Of a stretch of DNA of 64,000 nucleotides, positions 49,068 to 58,351 are shown piece by piece (the stretch's first letter is position 1; the number at the start of each line of letters is the position of its first letter). The stretch comes from an uncultured Mycoplasmatota bacterium (GTDB taxonomy: Bacteria > Bacillota_I > Bacilli_A > RF39 > UBA660), in contig CANTCQ010000007.1 in assembly GCA_947652325.1 (NCBI GenBank), forward strand, positions 3,160-67,159. Reading direction: 5' to 3'. The translations under genes and the position numbers were made by a program. A model generated the notes under the pieces. The model saw only the letters and a program-made list of their open reading frames with translations, was not told the DNA's origin and ran no database searches.

Positions 49068-49865
49068 TTAAATTATTTCAAATAAAATCATATAGGTTAA
49101 AACGATAAACAATAAACTATCTAAACGGTCTAGTATTCCCCCATGACCAGGAATTAAATTACTAAAATCTTTCGTTTTATTTTCTCTTTTTATTTTACTA
49201 AAAACCAAATCCCCTATTTGTCCCATAATCGATAGAATAAAAGTAATTAAAATGACTTTTCCTACTACATTTCCACCAATAAAATATATGTATAAAACTG
49301 TTGCTATACTTGTTCCTATAATGGTTCCTCCGATGGTTCCTTCCCACGTTTTTTTTGGACTAATAGTAGGAAAAGATTTATGTTTTCCTAAAAAACTTCT
49401 TCCAATTAGCATTGCAACAATATCTGTAGTTATTGCGATACTTGCCAAGTAAAACAAGTGCCACATACTGTAATTCCTTATTAAAACAAGACCACTAAAA
49501 GATGCTCCCAAAAATAAAATGCTTCCGCATAAATAAATGGCTTCATGGGTTGTGTATCTTTCATTTTTATAAAATAAAGTGGGGATAAATAAACTAAACA
49601 GAATTAGTGAAATTATACGATAACTTAAACCTAAAATAGTTCCATATCCATAAAATCCAGAAAAGATAAGTAATAATAAATCCGCAATACTTACAAAAAA
49701 TATCATTTCAGGTATTTTTTTATGATGCTCTTTTAAATCTATTATTTCTTTTAAAGCAAATACTCCGACTATTCCTGATAAAATAGCAAAATATTTTTCT
49801 CCTAAAATAACTAACGGAAGAAGAAGCAAAGTCATGCCAATAGCACTTATTATTCTTTTTTTCAT
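49068..49865 (-). CDS. cdsA: Phosphatidate cytidylyltransferase.
   Basis: Polytopic membrane protein with the C-terminal CTP-transferase signature SKIKRENKTKDFSNLIPGHGGILDRLDS. Confidence 0.9.
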   Translation of the reverse strand: MKKRIISAIGMTLLLLPLVILGEKYFAILSGIVGVFALKEIIDLKEHHKKIPEMIFFVSIADLLLLIFSGFYGYGTILGLSYRIISLILFSLFIPTLFYKNERYTTHEAIYLCGSILFLGASFSGLVLIRNYSMWHLFYLASIAITTDIVAMLIGRSFLGKHKSFPTISPKKTWEGTIGGTIIGTSIATVLYIYFIGGNVVGKVILITFILSIMGQIGDLVFSKIKRENKTKDFSNLIPGHGGILDRLDSLLFIVLTYMILFEII

Positions 49866-49995
49866 ACATCATCTACTCTCTTTTTAAGTATACGTTCCTA
49901 TTTTCAAAATGTCAATTTTGAAAAGTATTTTTCATATAAAAATAAAAAAAGTTAACATATAATTGGTTAACTTTTACTTCTAATTTATAACTAAA

Positions 49996-50268
49996 TTAGT
50001 TAACTGATTCTTTTAATTTGCTTCCAGCTTTGAATGAAACAACAGTTTTAGCTGGGATTTTAAGTGGTTCTTTTGTTAATGGATTAATTCCTTCACGTGC
50101 AGCTCTTTCTTTAGCACTGAATGTTCCAAATCCTACAAAAGTAACTTTTCCTTCTTTTTTTAGTCCTTCTGTAATTGCTTCAAATGCAGCATCTAATGCA
50201 CGACCTGCAGCAGCTTTTGATATTTCAGCTTGTTCAGCTATTCTTTCGATTACATCTTGTTTTGACAT
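49996..50268 (-). CDS. hup: DNA-binding protein HU.
   Basis: HU/IHF fold: GFGTFSAKERAAREGINPLT arm motif. Start at MSKQDVIER. Confidence 0.9.
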   Translation of the reverse strand: MSKQDVIERIAEQAEISKAAAGRALDAAFEAITEGLKKEGKVTFVGFGTFSAKERAAREGINPLTKEPLKIPAKTVVSFKAGSKLKESVN

Positions 50269-50376
50269 AATTTTTCTTACCTCCAAATTTTTTATTTTTT
50301 ATAAGTGCATCAGCCTTACATACTAAAAATAGCAAATATTCAAATCAAAAGCAAGAAAAAATAAAGTCTTTTGTCA

Positions 50377-51855
50377 CTATATGACAATTGTAATTAAATT
50401 GCTTGACCCTTTATTGACAATCTTCGTTACTGTTTGGCTTAGTTTATAACGCATATTTTCGGGCATTACAGACAATTTTGCTTGAATTCCTTCTTTTACA
50501 ATTACATCTAAACTACGGCCAAATATTTCACTTTTCCAAATACTTCCAGGGTCTACTTCATAATCTTTCATTAAATAGTTAATAAGTTCTTTACTTTGTA
50601 ATTCACTTCCAATAATAGGTTCAAAAGTAGATTCTACATTTACTTTCATTAAATGAATGCTTGAGGCTACTGCTTTTAATTTTACTCCATAACGAGAACC
50701 TTGTTTTACAATTTCTGGTGTAGATAAAGTCATATCTTTTAAACTAGGATACACAATACCATATCCAGTACTTTTAGCCATTCGTAAGGCTTCTTTCATT
50801 CCATCTAGCTCTTCTTTTCCTTCTTTGTAACTTGCAAATATTTTTAAAAGACCTGCTTTGGTTGTTACCATATCGCCCATTAAATCTTTTAAAACATCAT
50901 TATAGAGTTCATCGCTACTTTCAAGCGTAATTGTTATTACTCCTGTTGAAGTATCTACTTCGCTAATGTAACTTTTTGAAATAATTTCCGAATCATTAAA
51001 CAATCCCAATATATTATCTACATCGCGTATTTTATTAACAGAAATAACACTTTCTTTTATTTTTTCTAGGTAATATTTCTTTATATAATGATTATTATCT
51101 AAAACATGTACCCATTTGGGAATTTGAACATTAATATCTAAAACAGGAAATTCATACAAAGCCTCTTTTAAAACATTTAAAATTTCTGGTTCTTCCATTT
51201 CTGTTGCATTAAGAGGAATAACAGGAACTTCATACGTATTTCTAAGTTCATGAGCCAAATTGTTAGCAGTTTCACTGTTTTTGTTTTTTGTGTTTAGTAC
51301 CACAATAAATGGTTTACCAAGTTCCTTTAATTCAGCTACAATTTTTTCTTCAGCTTCTATGTAATTTTCTCTTGGGATTTCTCCAAACGTTCCATCAGAA
51401 GTCATCACAATGCCAATGGTTGCATGGTCTTTAATTACCTTTTCTGTTCCAATTTCTGCCGCTTCATAAAAGGGTACAGAATCTTCAAACCATGGTGTTT
51501 TTACCATTCTTGGATTTCCATCTTCATCTACATGGCCATTTGCTCCTTTTATAACAAACCCGACACAGTCTACTAACTTTATATTCGTTGAGAATTCTCC
51601 TACTTTTATTGTAGCACCACTGGAAGGTACAAATTTGGGTTCAGTTGTCATGATGGTTTTTCCTTCTGCACTTTGAGGGATTTCATCTAAGCATTTTCTT
51701 TTTTCATATTCATCTTCAATGTTTGGAACCACTAAATTTTCAATAAAACGTTTGATAAAAGTTGATTTACCACATCGTACGGCACCAACTACACCTAAAT
51801 ATATTTCACCATTACCACGAGTTGCAATGGATTTAATTATTTCACTTTTTTCCAT
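50377..51855 (-). CDS. spoIVA: Stage IV sporulation protein A (spore coat basement-layer ATPase).
   Basis: Walker A GVVGAVRCGKSTF, 492 aa, next to hup as in Bacillus. Confidence 0.9.
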   Translation of the reverse strand: MEKSEIIKSIATRGNGEIYLGVVGAVRCGKSTFIKRFIENLVVPNIEDEYEKRKCLDEIPQSAEGKTIMTTEPKFVPSSGATIKVGEFSTNIKLVDCVGFVIKGANGHVDEDGNPRMVKTPWFEDSVPFYEAAEIGTEKVIKDHATIGIVMTSDGTFGEIPRENYIEAEEKIVAELKELGKPFIVVLNTKNKNSETANNLAHELRNTYEVPVIPLNATEMEEPEILNVLKEALYEFPVLDINVQIPKWVHVLDNNHYIKKYYLEKIKESVISVNKIRDVDNILGLFNDSEIISKSYISEVDTSTGVITITLESSDELYNDVLKDLMGDMVTTKAGLLKIFASYKEGKEELDGMKEALRMAKSTGYGIVYPSLKDMTLSTPEIVKQGSRYGVKLKAVASSIHLMKVNVESTFEPIIGSELQSKELINYLMKDYEVDPGSIWKSEIFGRSLDVIVKEGIQAKLSVMPENMRYKLSQTVTKIVNKGSSNLITIVI

Positions 51856-52148
51856 TTATACTAATCCTTTCCTCTTTCTACTTAACCGTATGAAAAAAGA
51901 AAGTCTTTTAGAACTTTCTTGTGAATTTTATTTCTTACATTGTTTTTGCAAGTCGTTTAAATGAAGTTTTATTCTTCTTTGTAATATTTCCGTTTTGGTA
52001 GGAAAAAAGGCGGATATTTCCGAATTTAATTCTGCAAAAAAATCGTTTAAAGATACCGTACATGCGTTTTCTAAACAACAACTTGCCTATCTACATCTTT
52101 TAATACAATTCTATAGCAATTTTCTATAATCATCAATAATTAAAAAAA

Positions 52149-52355
52149 CTATTTTTCTTTTTCATAGAAAATATCATCTGGCTTTAAATCGAATACCTTT
52201 GCAATATTTTTAGCCATATCATAATAAAGTCTTCTCTTTTTATGTTCAATTTGCCAATAAAAACATTTACTAATTTTTAATTTTTCGGCCATATCATCAT
52301 AACTATATTGTTTTGCCTTTCTTATTTTAGTTAATTTAGGATACCCATTTACCAT
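52149..52355 (-). CDS. Small XRE/Cro-like HTH regulator (68 aa), copy 1.
   Basis: HTH_3: YSYDDMAEKLKISKCFYWQIEHKKR. ~65% identical to the 53197..53418 product. Confidence 0.7.
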   Translation of the reverse strand: MVNGYPKLTKIRKAKQYSYDDMAEKLKISKCFYWQIEHKKRRLYYDMAKNIAKVFDLKPDDIFYEKEK

Positions 52356-52469
52356 ATATATACTTCACCTTTTTCTATTTAAATTAATTATAACACAATT
52401 TATAACTATATCCCACATATTCCCGTATTTTAAATTTTTTTAGGAGAAAATTATTACTAGGTGATTCTA

Positions 52470-52904
52470 ATGTATGAAATCCTAAAAGATTTAAGAGAGT
52501 ACCATGATTTAACCCAACAAGAAGTAGCTGATGCTCTTAAAATAAGTCGTTCTACCTATGCTGGATATGAAAGTGGAAAAGATGTTATTCCTTTAAAAAG
52601 GTTAAATGACTTTGCTAATTTTTATCATACAACCATTGATTATTTAGTAGGAAATAGTCCTACTATGGAAGAAGTTTTAATTTACCATACTTTTGATAGA
52701 AAGCAAGTTGCCCAAAATCTAAAGTCCTTTCGTGAAACTCGTAATATTACTCAAGAAGAGATTGCCGAAAAAATTAAGGTAAGTCAATCTTGTATTCATA
52801 AATACGAAACCAATAAAATTTTAATTACCACTTATTATACTTTAGAGTTTTCTAAGCAATACCACTATTCTTTGGATGAATTATTAGGAAGAAAAAACAA
52901 CTAA
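52470..52904 (+). CDS. XRE-family regulator with two tandem HTH_3 domains.
   Basis: The two HTH motifs are LTQQEVADALKISRSTYAGYESGK and ITQEEIAEKIKVSQSCIHKYETNK. Divergent from the small XRE. Confidence 0.7.
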   Translation: MYEILKDLREYHDLTQQEVADALKISRSTYAGYESGKDVIPLKRLNDFANFYHTTIDYLVGNSPTMEEVLIYHTFDRKQVAQNLKSFRETRNITQEEIAEKIKVSQSCIHKYETNKILITTYYTLEFSKQYHYSLDELLGRKNN

Positions 52905-52920
52905 TTTTTTAGTTGTTTTT

Positions 52921-53172
52921 TTAAAACATTTTGTCTATATTTTTGGGTACTTTATCACTTACGATTGTATTAATTATTTTATCTTCTTGCTCTTTGGATA
53001 CTTTCTTACCAGTCATTAAACTCAGAGTATTTATCACTTCTCGTAATGTATTTTCATTTTTCATATTTCCATCTTGTAATTTTTTAGCTAAATCAATGAT
53101 AGTATCTTTATTTACTTTTGTTTTCTTTTCTACTTTCTGAAAGAAATCATCTTTAAATTCCATTATACTCAC
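52921..53172 (-). CDS. spoVIF: Stage VI sporulation protein F-like (SpoVIF/YjcC family).
   Basis: FFQKVEKKTKV...DLAKKLQ..N.KNENTLREVINTL...KKVSKEQEDKIINTI matches the SpoVIF pattern (FFKNIEKKTGV...LA..LQ.ANF.DE.TVR.VI..V......V.KE.EDKIV). Confidence 0.55.
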   Translation of the reverse strand: MSIMEFKDDFFQKVEKKTKVNKDTIIDLAKKLQDGNMKNENTLREVINTLSLMTGKKVSKEQEDKIINTIVSDKVPKNIDKMF

Positions 53173-53196
53173 CTAGTAGTAATATATGAAATCTTT

Positions 53197-53418
53197 TTAT
53201 TTCGTTGTCATTTTTTCTTTTTCTTCATAAAAAATATCATCTGGTTTTAAATCAAAAACTGCTGCTATTTTTACAGCCATGTCATAATATAGTCTGCGAT
53301 TTTTATGTTCAATTTGCCAATAGTACGCTTTGCTTATTTCTAATATTTCAGCCATATCTTTACAGCTTAATTTTCTTTCTTCTCTTAATTTTTTTAAATA
53401 GTTTGTACTATTGTCCAT
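53197..53418 (-). CDS. Small XRE/Cro-like HTH regulator (73 aa), copy 2.
   Basis: LSCKDMAEILEISKAYYWQIEHKNRRLYYDMA. Paralogous to 52149..52355 at both protein and DNA level. Confidence 0.7.
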   Translation of the reverse strand: MDNSTNYLKKLREERKLSCKDMAEILEISKAYYWQIEHKNRRLYYDMAVKIAAVFDLKPDDIFYEEKEKMTTK

Positions 53419-53475
53419 AAAAACCCTCCAAAGTGTTTTTTATCATACTCTATATTTTTTAGAATGTCAATTTTA

Positions 53476-53534
53476 TATAGTTATAGCTAGGTAGACTTAC
53501 AAAGACTTAATTTCTATAGTTATTAGTAGGTAGA
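53476..53534. promoter_or_regulatory. Two 20-bp direct repeats, TATAGTTATAGCTAGGTAGA and TATAGTTATTAGTAGGTAGA, spaced 39 bp apart: candidate operators between the divergent XRE genes.
   Basis: Read directly at 53476-53495 and 53515-53534. The related motif TTATAACTATA (reverse complement) lies in the paralogous intergenic region at 52410-52420. Confidence 0.5.
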
Positions 53535-53548
53535 AATGAGGAAAATAT

Positions 53549-53821
53549 ATGAAATGTATTCGAAAAATTATTGGGGAAAATTTAAAACTTTTGCGCTATA
53601 AAAGTGGAAAAAGCCAAGAAAAATTTTATGAAGAATATAAATTAAGTTCTAAATATTATGCTTGTATTGAACGTGGTGAAATCAATATGACTATTGACTT
53701 TTTAGAAAAACTTGCTAAAACTTTGCATGTCGACATATCAGAGTTTTTTAATCGAGATGAAACAAGATTTGTTGATAAAAAACGAATTGATGAAAAAGAA
53801 AAAGAAGAATGTTTAAATTAA
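53549..53821 (+). CDS. XRE-family HTH regulator (90 aa).
   Basis: HTH_3: KSQEKFYEEYKLSSKYYACIERGE. Its end overlaps the der stop by 4 nt. Confidence 0.65.
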   Translation: MKCIRKIIGENLKLLRYKSGKSQEKFYEEYKLSSKYYACIERGEINMTIDFLEKLAKTLHVDISEFFNRDETRFVDKKRIDEKEKEECLN

Positions 53822-55125
53822 TCTTCTTTTTTATTTTTAAATTTTAATAGAATTGGTGTTCCCGAAAAATCAAAATTTTCTCTTATTTTATTTTCTAAAT
53901 ATCTTTCATAACTAAAATGAATTAATCCTTTATTATTTACTTGAAAGGTAAATTTTGGAGGTTTATTATCTGTTTGGCTTGCAAAATAGATTTTCAAACG
54001 TTTTCCTTTATAAGAAGGTGATTGGTGCATCGCTACTGCCTCTGTAATTACATTATTTAAATCGCTTGTTTTAATTTCTTTTTTGTTATTTTCATAAGCA
54101 GAGATTATAGCAGGCATAAGTGTATGTAATCTTTTTTTAGTTGTTGCTGAAACAAATACAATATTAGCATAGGATGCAAACATAAAGTGCGATTCTAAAT
54201 TTTTCTTCCATACTTTTATGGTTTTATCTGGGTCTTCAATCGTGTCCCATTTATTTACAACGATAACAATCCCTTTTCCTGCTTCTATCGCGTAAGATAA
54301 AATGTGTTTATCGTGTTCTATAATTCCTTCTTCGGCATTTACAACAAGTACACAAACATCACTTCTATCCATTGCTTTTAAACTACGAAGTAGACTGTAT
54401 TTTTCAATATTTTCATAAATACGCCCTTTTTTACGCATTCCGGCTGTATCAATTGCAACATATTCTTCCTTATTATATAAAAAAGGAGTGTCTGTTGCAT
54501 CTCGAGTAGTTCCAGCAATATCACTTACAATTACTCTTTCTTCATTTAATAAAGCGTTGATAAGGCTACTTTTTCCTACATTTGGTCTTCCAATAAAACA
54601 AAATTTAAGACGATTATCTTCTTCTTTTTCTTGTTCTAAGAAATCTTCTGTAATATTTTCTAACAGTTCTTCAAAACCTAAATTATGCGTGGCACTTATA
54701 GGTAATACTATTGCAAATCCTAGTTCATAAAAATTATAAATTAACTCATTTCTTTTTTGATTATCGATTTTATTCACTGCAACAATTACTTTTTTATTGG
54801 TTTTTATGAGCATATCACGAATTTTTAAATCACTTGCACTCATCTCTTCTTTGCCATCAACTACAAATACAATACAATCTGCTTCCTCTATAGCAAGTGT
54901 TGCTTGCGCTAAAATATCTTTGTTCCAATCATCATTATTATCTTCTATTCCACCCGTATCAATTAGTAAAAATGATTTGTTTTTATAAAATACATCTCCG
55001 TAAATCCTATCTCTTGTTACACCGGGTGTATCTAAAACAATCGATTTATTTTCTTTGATTAAACGATTAAAAATTGTAGATTTTCCTACATTCGGTTTTC
55101 CAATTAAACAAACAGTTTGTTTCAC
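53818..55125 (-). CDS. der: GTPase Der/EngA (tandem GTP-binding domains plus KH-like domain).
   Basis: Two G-domains (GKPNVGKST and GRPNVGKSS Walker A; DTGG/DTAG). Confidence 0.95.
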   Translation of the reverse strand: MKQTVCLIGKPNVGKSTIFNRLIKENKSIVLDTPGVTRDRIYGDVFYKNKSFLLIDTGGIEDNNDDWNKDILAQATLAIEEADCIVFVVDGKEEMSASDLKIRDMLIKTNKKVIVAVNKIDNQKRNELIYNFYELGFAIVLPISATHNLGFEELLENITEDFLEQEKEEDNRLKFCFIGRPNVGKSSLINALLNEERVIVSDIAGTTRDATDTPFLYNKEEYVAIDTAGMRKKGRIYENIEKYSLLRSLKAMDRSDVCVLVVNAEEGIIEHDKHILSYAIEAGKGIVIVVNKWDTIEDPDKTIKVWKKNLESHFMFASYANIVFVSATTKKRLHTLMPAIISAYENNKKEIKTSDLNNVITEAVAMHQSPSYKGKRLKIYFASQTDNKPPKFTFQVNNKGLIHFSYERYLENKIRENFDFSGTPILLKFKNKKED

Positions 55126-55167
55126 TCCTCACCCTCCTTTTTTGTTTCGTTATCTTACCATATTTTC

Positions 55168-55584
55168 TTATTTTCCGCAAATTGTTTTTACATCGTCATT
55201 AAAACCTACATAAACACGGTTGTATTTCACATAAACCTTAAAACTCATGTTATATAAATCTTCACTTGCTTTATCGCGAGGGTCAACTACATAAGGAGCA
55301 GCATTTTGGTCTTTTTTTAAATATCCTGTATCAATTAAGTCTTTTACTGTTAATACTTTTGTAGGATAACCTGTTGCGTTATCTATTGAAAAACTTTCTC
55401 TTCTATCTTCTCCATACATTTTCGCTGCTGTTTCTATAGAAGTATCTATTTTGGAACAATACATATTTACTTTTATTTTATTTGAAATACTAATTGTACT
55501 TGGTACAGCAATGGTTACTAAAACGGCTAATATTACAATAACCGCTAATAACTCTACTAATGTAAATCCTTTTTTATTTTTCAT
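55168..55584 (-). CDS. Type IV pilin-like protein, second orphan copy.
   Basis: MKNKKG/FTLVELLAVIVILAVL prepilin leader. RBS AAGGTGA. The C-terminal region is similar to the 8271 pilin (LTVKDLIDTGYL vs IRVDTLKEAGLF). Confidence 0.7.
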   Translation of the reverse strand: MKNKKGFTLVELLAVIVILAVLVTIAVPSTISISNKIKVNMYCSKIDTSIETAAKMYGEDRRESFSIDNATGYPTKVLTVKDLIDTGYLKKDQNAAPYVVDPRDKASEDLYNMSFKVYVKYNRVYVGFNDDVKTICGK

Positions 55585-55724
55585 ATTCTTCACCTTATTT
55601 TTAGTATAACATATTTTTTTCAAACATAATCTAGACTTTTTTTTATTATGTAAATAAATTGCAAAAATGCCTTGACATATATTCGCTTTTTCTTTATATT
55701 AATTAATTACGAAGGGGGATTTAT

Positions 55725-56957
55725 ATGTCTAATTTTAGCAACAATACAATTAAAGACGAAATAGAAAATTTGTTTCCAAATGAAAGTGTATATGATGTAA
55801 TTCATTTTATAAAAAAAATAAAAAAATTAATTCCTTTTGATTCTAAAGAAAAACTTGCTTATTTTAACGAAATTATAATATATGTTGATGGATTAATTAA
55901 TGGAGATATTATTTCTCAATATTCTACTTATGATGGTTTATCTAAGTATGCAAAAGAGGCATTTGATACCATTCTGCATTCTATTCATAAACAAATATTA
56001 GAATCTTACAAACAAGAAAAATATGAATTAGAAACAAGTATTAATAAGCTATCGAATGAACAAAAAGTACTTACAGAAGATGTTTCTAACTTACAACAAA
56101 AAAAGACAGATTTACAAAATGATACTTCTACTCTTGCTTTAGAACTTTTAAAAATCAAAGAAGAATTAGAACAACTAAAAGTAGAAGGGGTTAAAAATGC
56201 ACATGCAGAATTAGATAGTGAAAAAGAAATCATTCAAGCAGAAATTTCTACATTGAAAGGTGAAAAAGATAATTTAACTACTGCTACAGGCGAACTAAAA
56301 ACTTTATTAGCCAATTATAATCACACTATTTTAAAGCTTTTAGGGGATGAATCAAATAATTCCTGTACTTGGGAGCCTGTAAGTAAGGATGATGCCATTT
56401 ATAATACCAATGTATATACTATTGATAAATATGTTAAATCTTTAAAACGCACTTATCAAGAAAAAATGGGAGTATCTGAAAAAAAAGCTGAAAAAGATTT
56501 TAAAATGCATTGTCCTGGATTAACAGAATTTGTAAGTATATTAAAAGAATTTACTAACAAGATTCCTGAATGTGCTTCCGTTACAAATATTATTAATTTC
56601 GATAATTGGAACGAGAAAGCAAATTTCGATGTACAACGATTAATTGCAACATTAAAACTCTTAAAAATGCCAGCTTATTCTCCAAAAAAGATAAGTAATA
56701 TAGATAGTTATAGTATAACTCCAGATACGATTTCCAATAATATGAATATTATGTTACGAGAATTACATTTACAAAGAGTTGCCATGGAAGCAGTTGCAAA
56801 GCAAAAGATTTTAGAGGCAGAGCTTAAATCTGTTATTGAAATTTTAAAAAATGTAGTTCCTCAAGATTTTGATTTTGCACCACTTCTTCAAATGTATGGT
56901 CAAATAGACAGCTTGTTGCTTGATGAATTTAGTAATGATGCTAAGTTAACATTATAG
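55725..56957 (+). CDS. Hypothetical coiled-coil protein (410 aa).
   Basis: The central ~150 aa have a heptad-rich Q/E/L/K composition. No catalytic motifs. Confidence 0.5.
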   Translation: MSNFSNNTIKDEIENLFPNESVYDVIHFIKKIKKLIPFDSKEKLAYFNEIIIYVDGLINGDIISQYSTYDGLSKYAKEAFDTILHSIHKQILESYKQEKYELETSINKLSNEQKVLTEDVSNLQQKKTDLQNDTSTLALELLKIKEELEQLKVEGVKNAHAELDSEKEIIQAEISTLKGEKDNLTTATGELKTLLANYNHTILKLLGDESNNSCTWEPVSKDDAIYNTNVYTIDKYVKSLKRTYQEKMGVSEKKAEKDFKMHCPGLTEFVSILKEFTNKIPECASVTNIINFDNWNEKANFDVQRLIATLKLLKMPAYSPKKISNIDSYSITPDTISNNMNIMLRELHLQRVAMEAVAKQKILEAELKSVIEILKNVVPQDFDFAPLLQMYGQIDSLLLDEFSNDAKLTL

Positions 56958-56970
56958 ATTTTTAATTTAA

Positions 56971-56997
56971 AGAACACGAGAGTTTGTTCTTTTTTTA
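56971..56997 (+). terminator. Rho-independent terminator after the coiled-coil gene.
   Basis: AGAACACGAGAGTTTGTTCT hairpin plus TTTTTTT. Confidence 0.7.
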
Positions 56998-57103
56998 TCT
57001 TCTATTTTTTCAAAAAGTCGCTTGTAATGGGTTTCAAAATAGTTTTCTAAAAAATTTTGTTCTTCCTCACTACTACTATTAAAAAAAGAGAGTTTTTTCT
57101 CTC

Positions 57104-57352
57104 TTAAAAAGAATCAATATTGATTTTTACTTTTTTCTTATCGTGTAAATACGAATAGGCTTGTACGAGTGTACGAATAGCTTTAGCAGTAGAGCCAGAT
57201 TTTCCAATTACAGCTCCCATATCACTTTCTTTTACTAAAACTTCTAAATTTATAAACTCTTCTTCACTTCCTATTTCCTTAACACTTACCATATCGGAAT
57301 CTTTGGCAACACTTTTTACCAAAAATAATGTGTATTCTATAATACTATCCAT
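57104..57352 (-). CDS. KH-domain RNA-binding protein (YlqC-like).
   Basis: GAVIGKSGSTAKAIRTL (GxxG KH motif). It is cotranscribed with rpsP. Confidence 0.8.
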   Translation of the reverse strand: MDSIIEYTLFLVKSVAKDSDMVSVKEIGSEEEFINLEVLVKESDMGAVIGKSGSTAKAIRTLVQAYSYLHDKKKVKINIDSF

Positions 57353-57627
57353 TACTTACCTGCTTTTTTAGCTTCAGCGTATTTTTTCATTATTCCTTCT
57401 TTTGAAAGAATATTTCTTACTGTTTCTGTTGGAAGTGCTCCATTGTTTAACCAATAAAGCGCTTTTTCTTCATCTATTTTTGTTTCAGCAGGATTTGTAA
57501 TTGGATTATATGTTCCCACTACTTCCAAAAAACGTCCATCTCTAGGAAATCTAGAATCTGCCGCAACAATACGATAAAAAGGTCTTTGTTTTGCTCCCAT
57601 TCTTTTTAATCTTAATTTAACAGCCAT
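57352..57627 (-). CDS. rpsP: 30S ribosomal protein S16.
   Basis: [26 protein letters not shown] matches the canonical S16 N-terminus. Confidence 0.95.
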   Translation of the reverse strand: MAVKLRLKRMGAKQRPFYRIVAADSRFPRDGRFLEVVGTYNPITNPAETKIDEEKALYWLNNGALPTETVRNILSKEGIMKKYAEAKKAGK

Positions 57628-57698
57628 TTTTTTTCCTCCTTTAATTCGTTTTTAGTATAACACAGTAGAAAAATAGTGTCAACTTGATTTGGTTGACA

Positions 57699-58235
57699 CT
57701 ACTTCAAATATTCCTCATCAATCTCTTCGATTGCTTCTTCTTCTTTTTCACTTAAAATGTCTTCATCCGTAATAATTTCATATTCATCTTCCTCTTCTTC
57801 GATTGAAACTTTTATTTTTGTATCTCCTACTACTTCTACTCCAAGTTCTTTTTCTACATTTAATTTTACAATACCTTCATTTACAGATACATTGGTAACT
57901 GTTGGTTGTTTTAAACTCCTTACAATAATTTCTTCTTTGTTTGTAAGAGTCATATTATCCTTTAGATGTACTGGCATTTTTTCTTGATAACTAAAAGAAT
58001 TGTTTGTAACAGCTGTTTTTGTATCATTATCATAAGAATACCAAACATTTACATCAAATGTTCCTTCAATGTTTACAATACCTCCATTATTTCTTCCTTG
58101 AAACTGGTGGTTAATCACCCAACACCCTAAAATAGTGTCTGGTCTTAATTCTGGTGTAATTGTAAAATTTGATGTACTGGTTTTTTTAGCTTTTCCAATA
58201 ATTGCTTTTGTTACTATCTCTTTGTAATTTGCCAT
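57699..58235 (-). CDS. cotE: Spore coat morphogenetic protein CotE.
   Basis: The N-terminus MANYKEIVTKAIIGKAKK...FTITPE...ILGCWVINHQF...NVWYSY.D.TKT is collinear with B. subtilis CotE, and the tail is acidic. Confidence 0.8.
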   Translation of the reverse strand: MANYKEIVTKAIIGKAKKTSTSNFTITPELRPDTILGCWVINHQFQGRNNGGIVNIEGTFDVNVWYSYDNDTKTAVTNNSFSYQEKMPVHLKDNMTLTNKEEIIVRSLKQPTVTNVSVNEGIVKLNVEKELGVEVVGDTKIKVSIEEEEDEYEIITDEDILSEKEEEAIEEIDEEYLK

Positions 58236-58351
58236 TTTCGTAACCCTCCTCTATTTTAATGTATGCTACTCTATAGTATTTGTTCACATTCCTTTGCTAT
58301 TTTTATACTTTTGTGCTAGGATAAATTCTACATTTATTTAGAGGGGGTATT

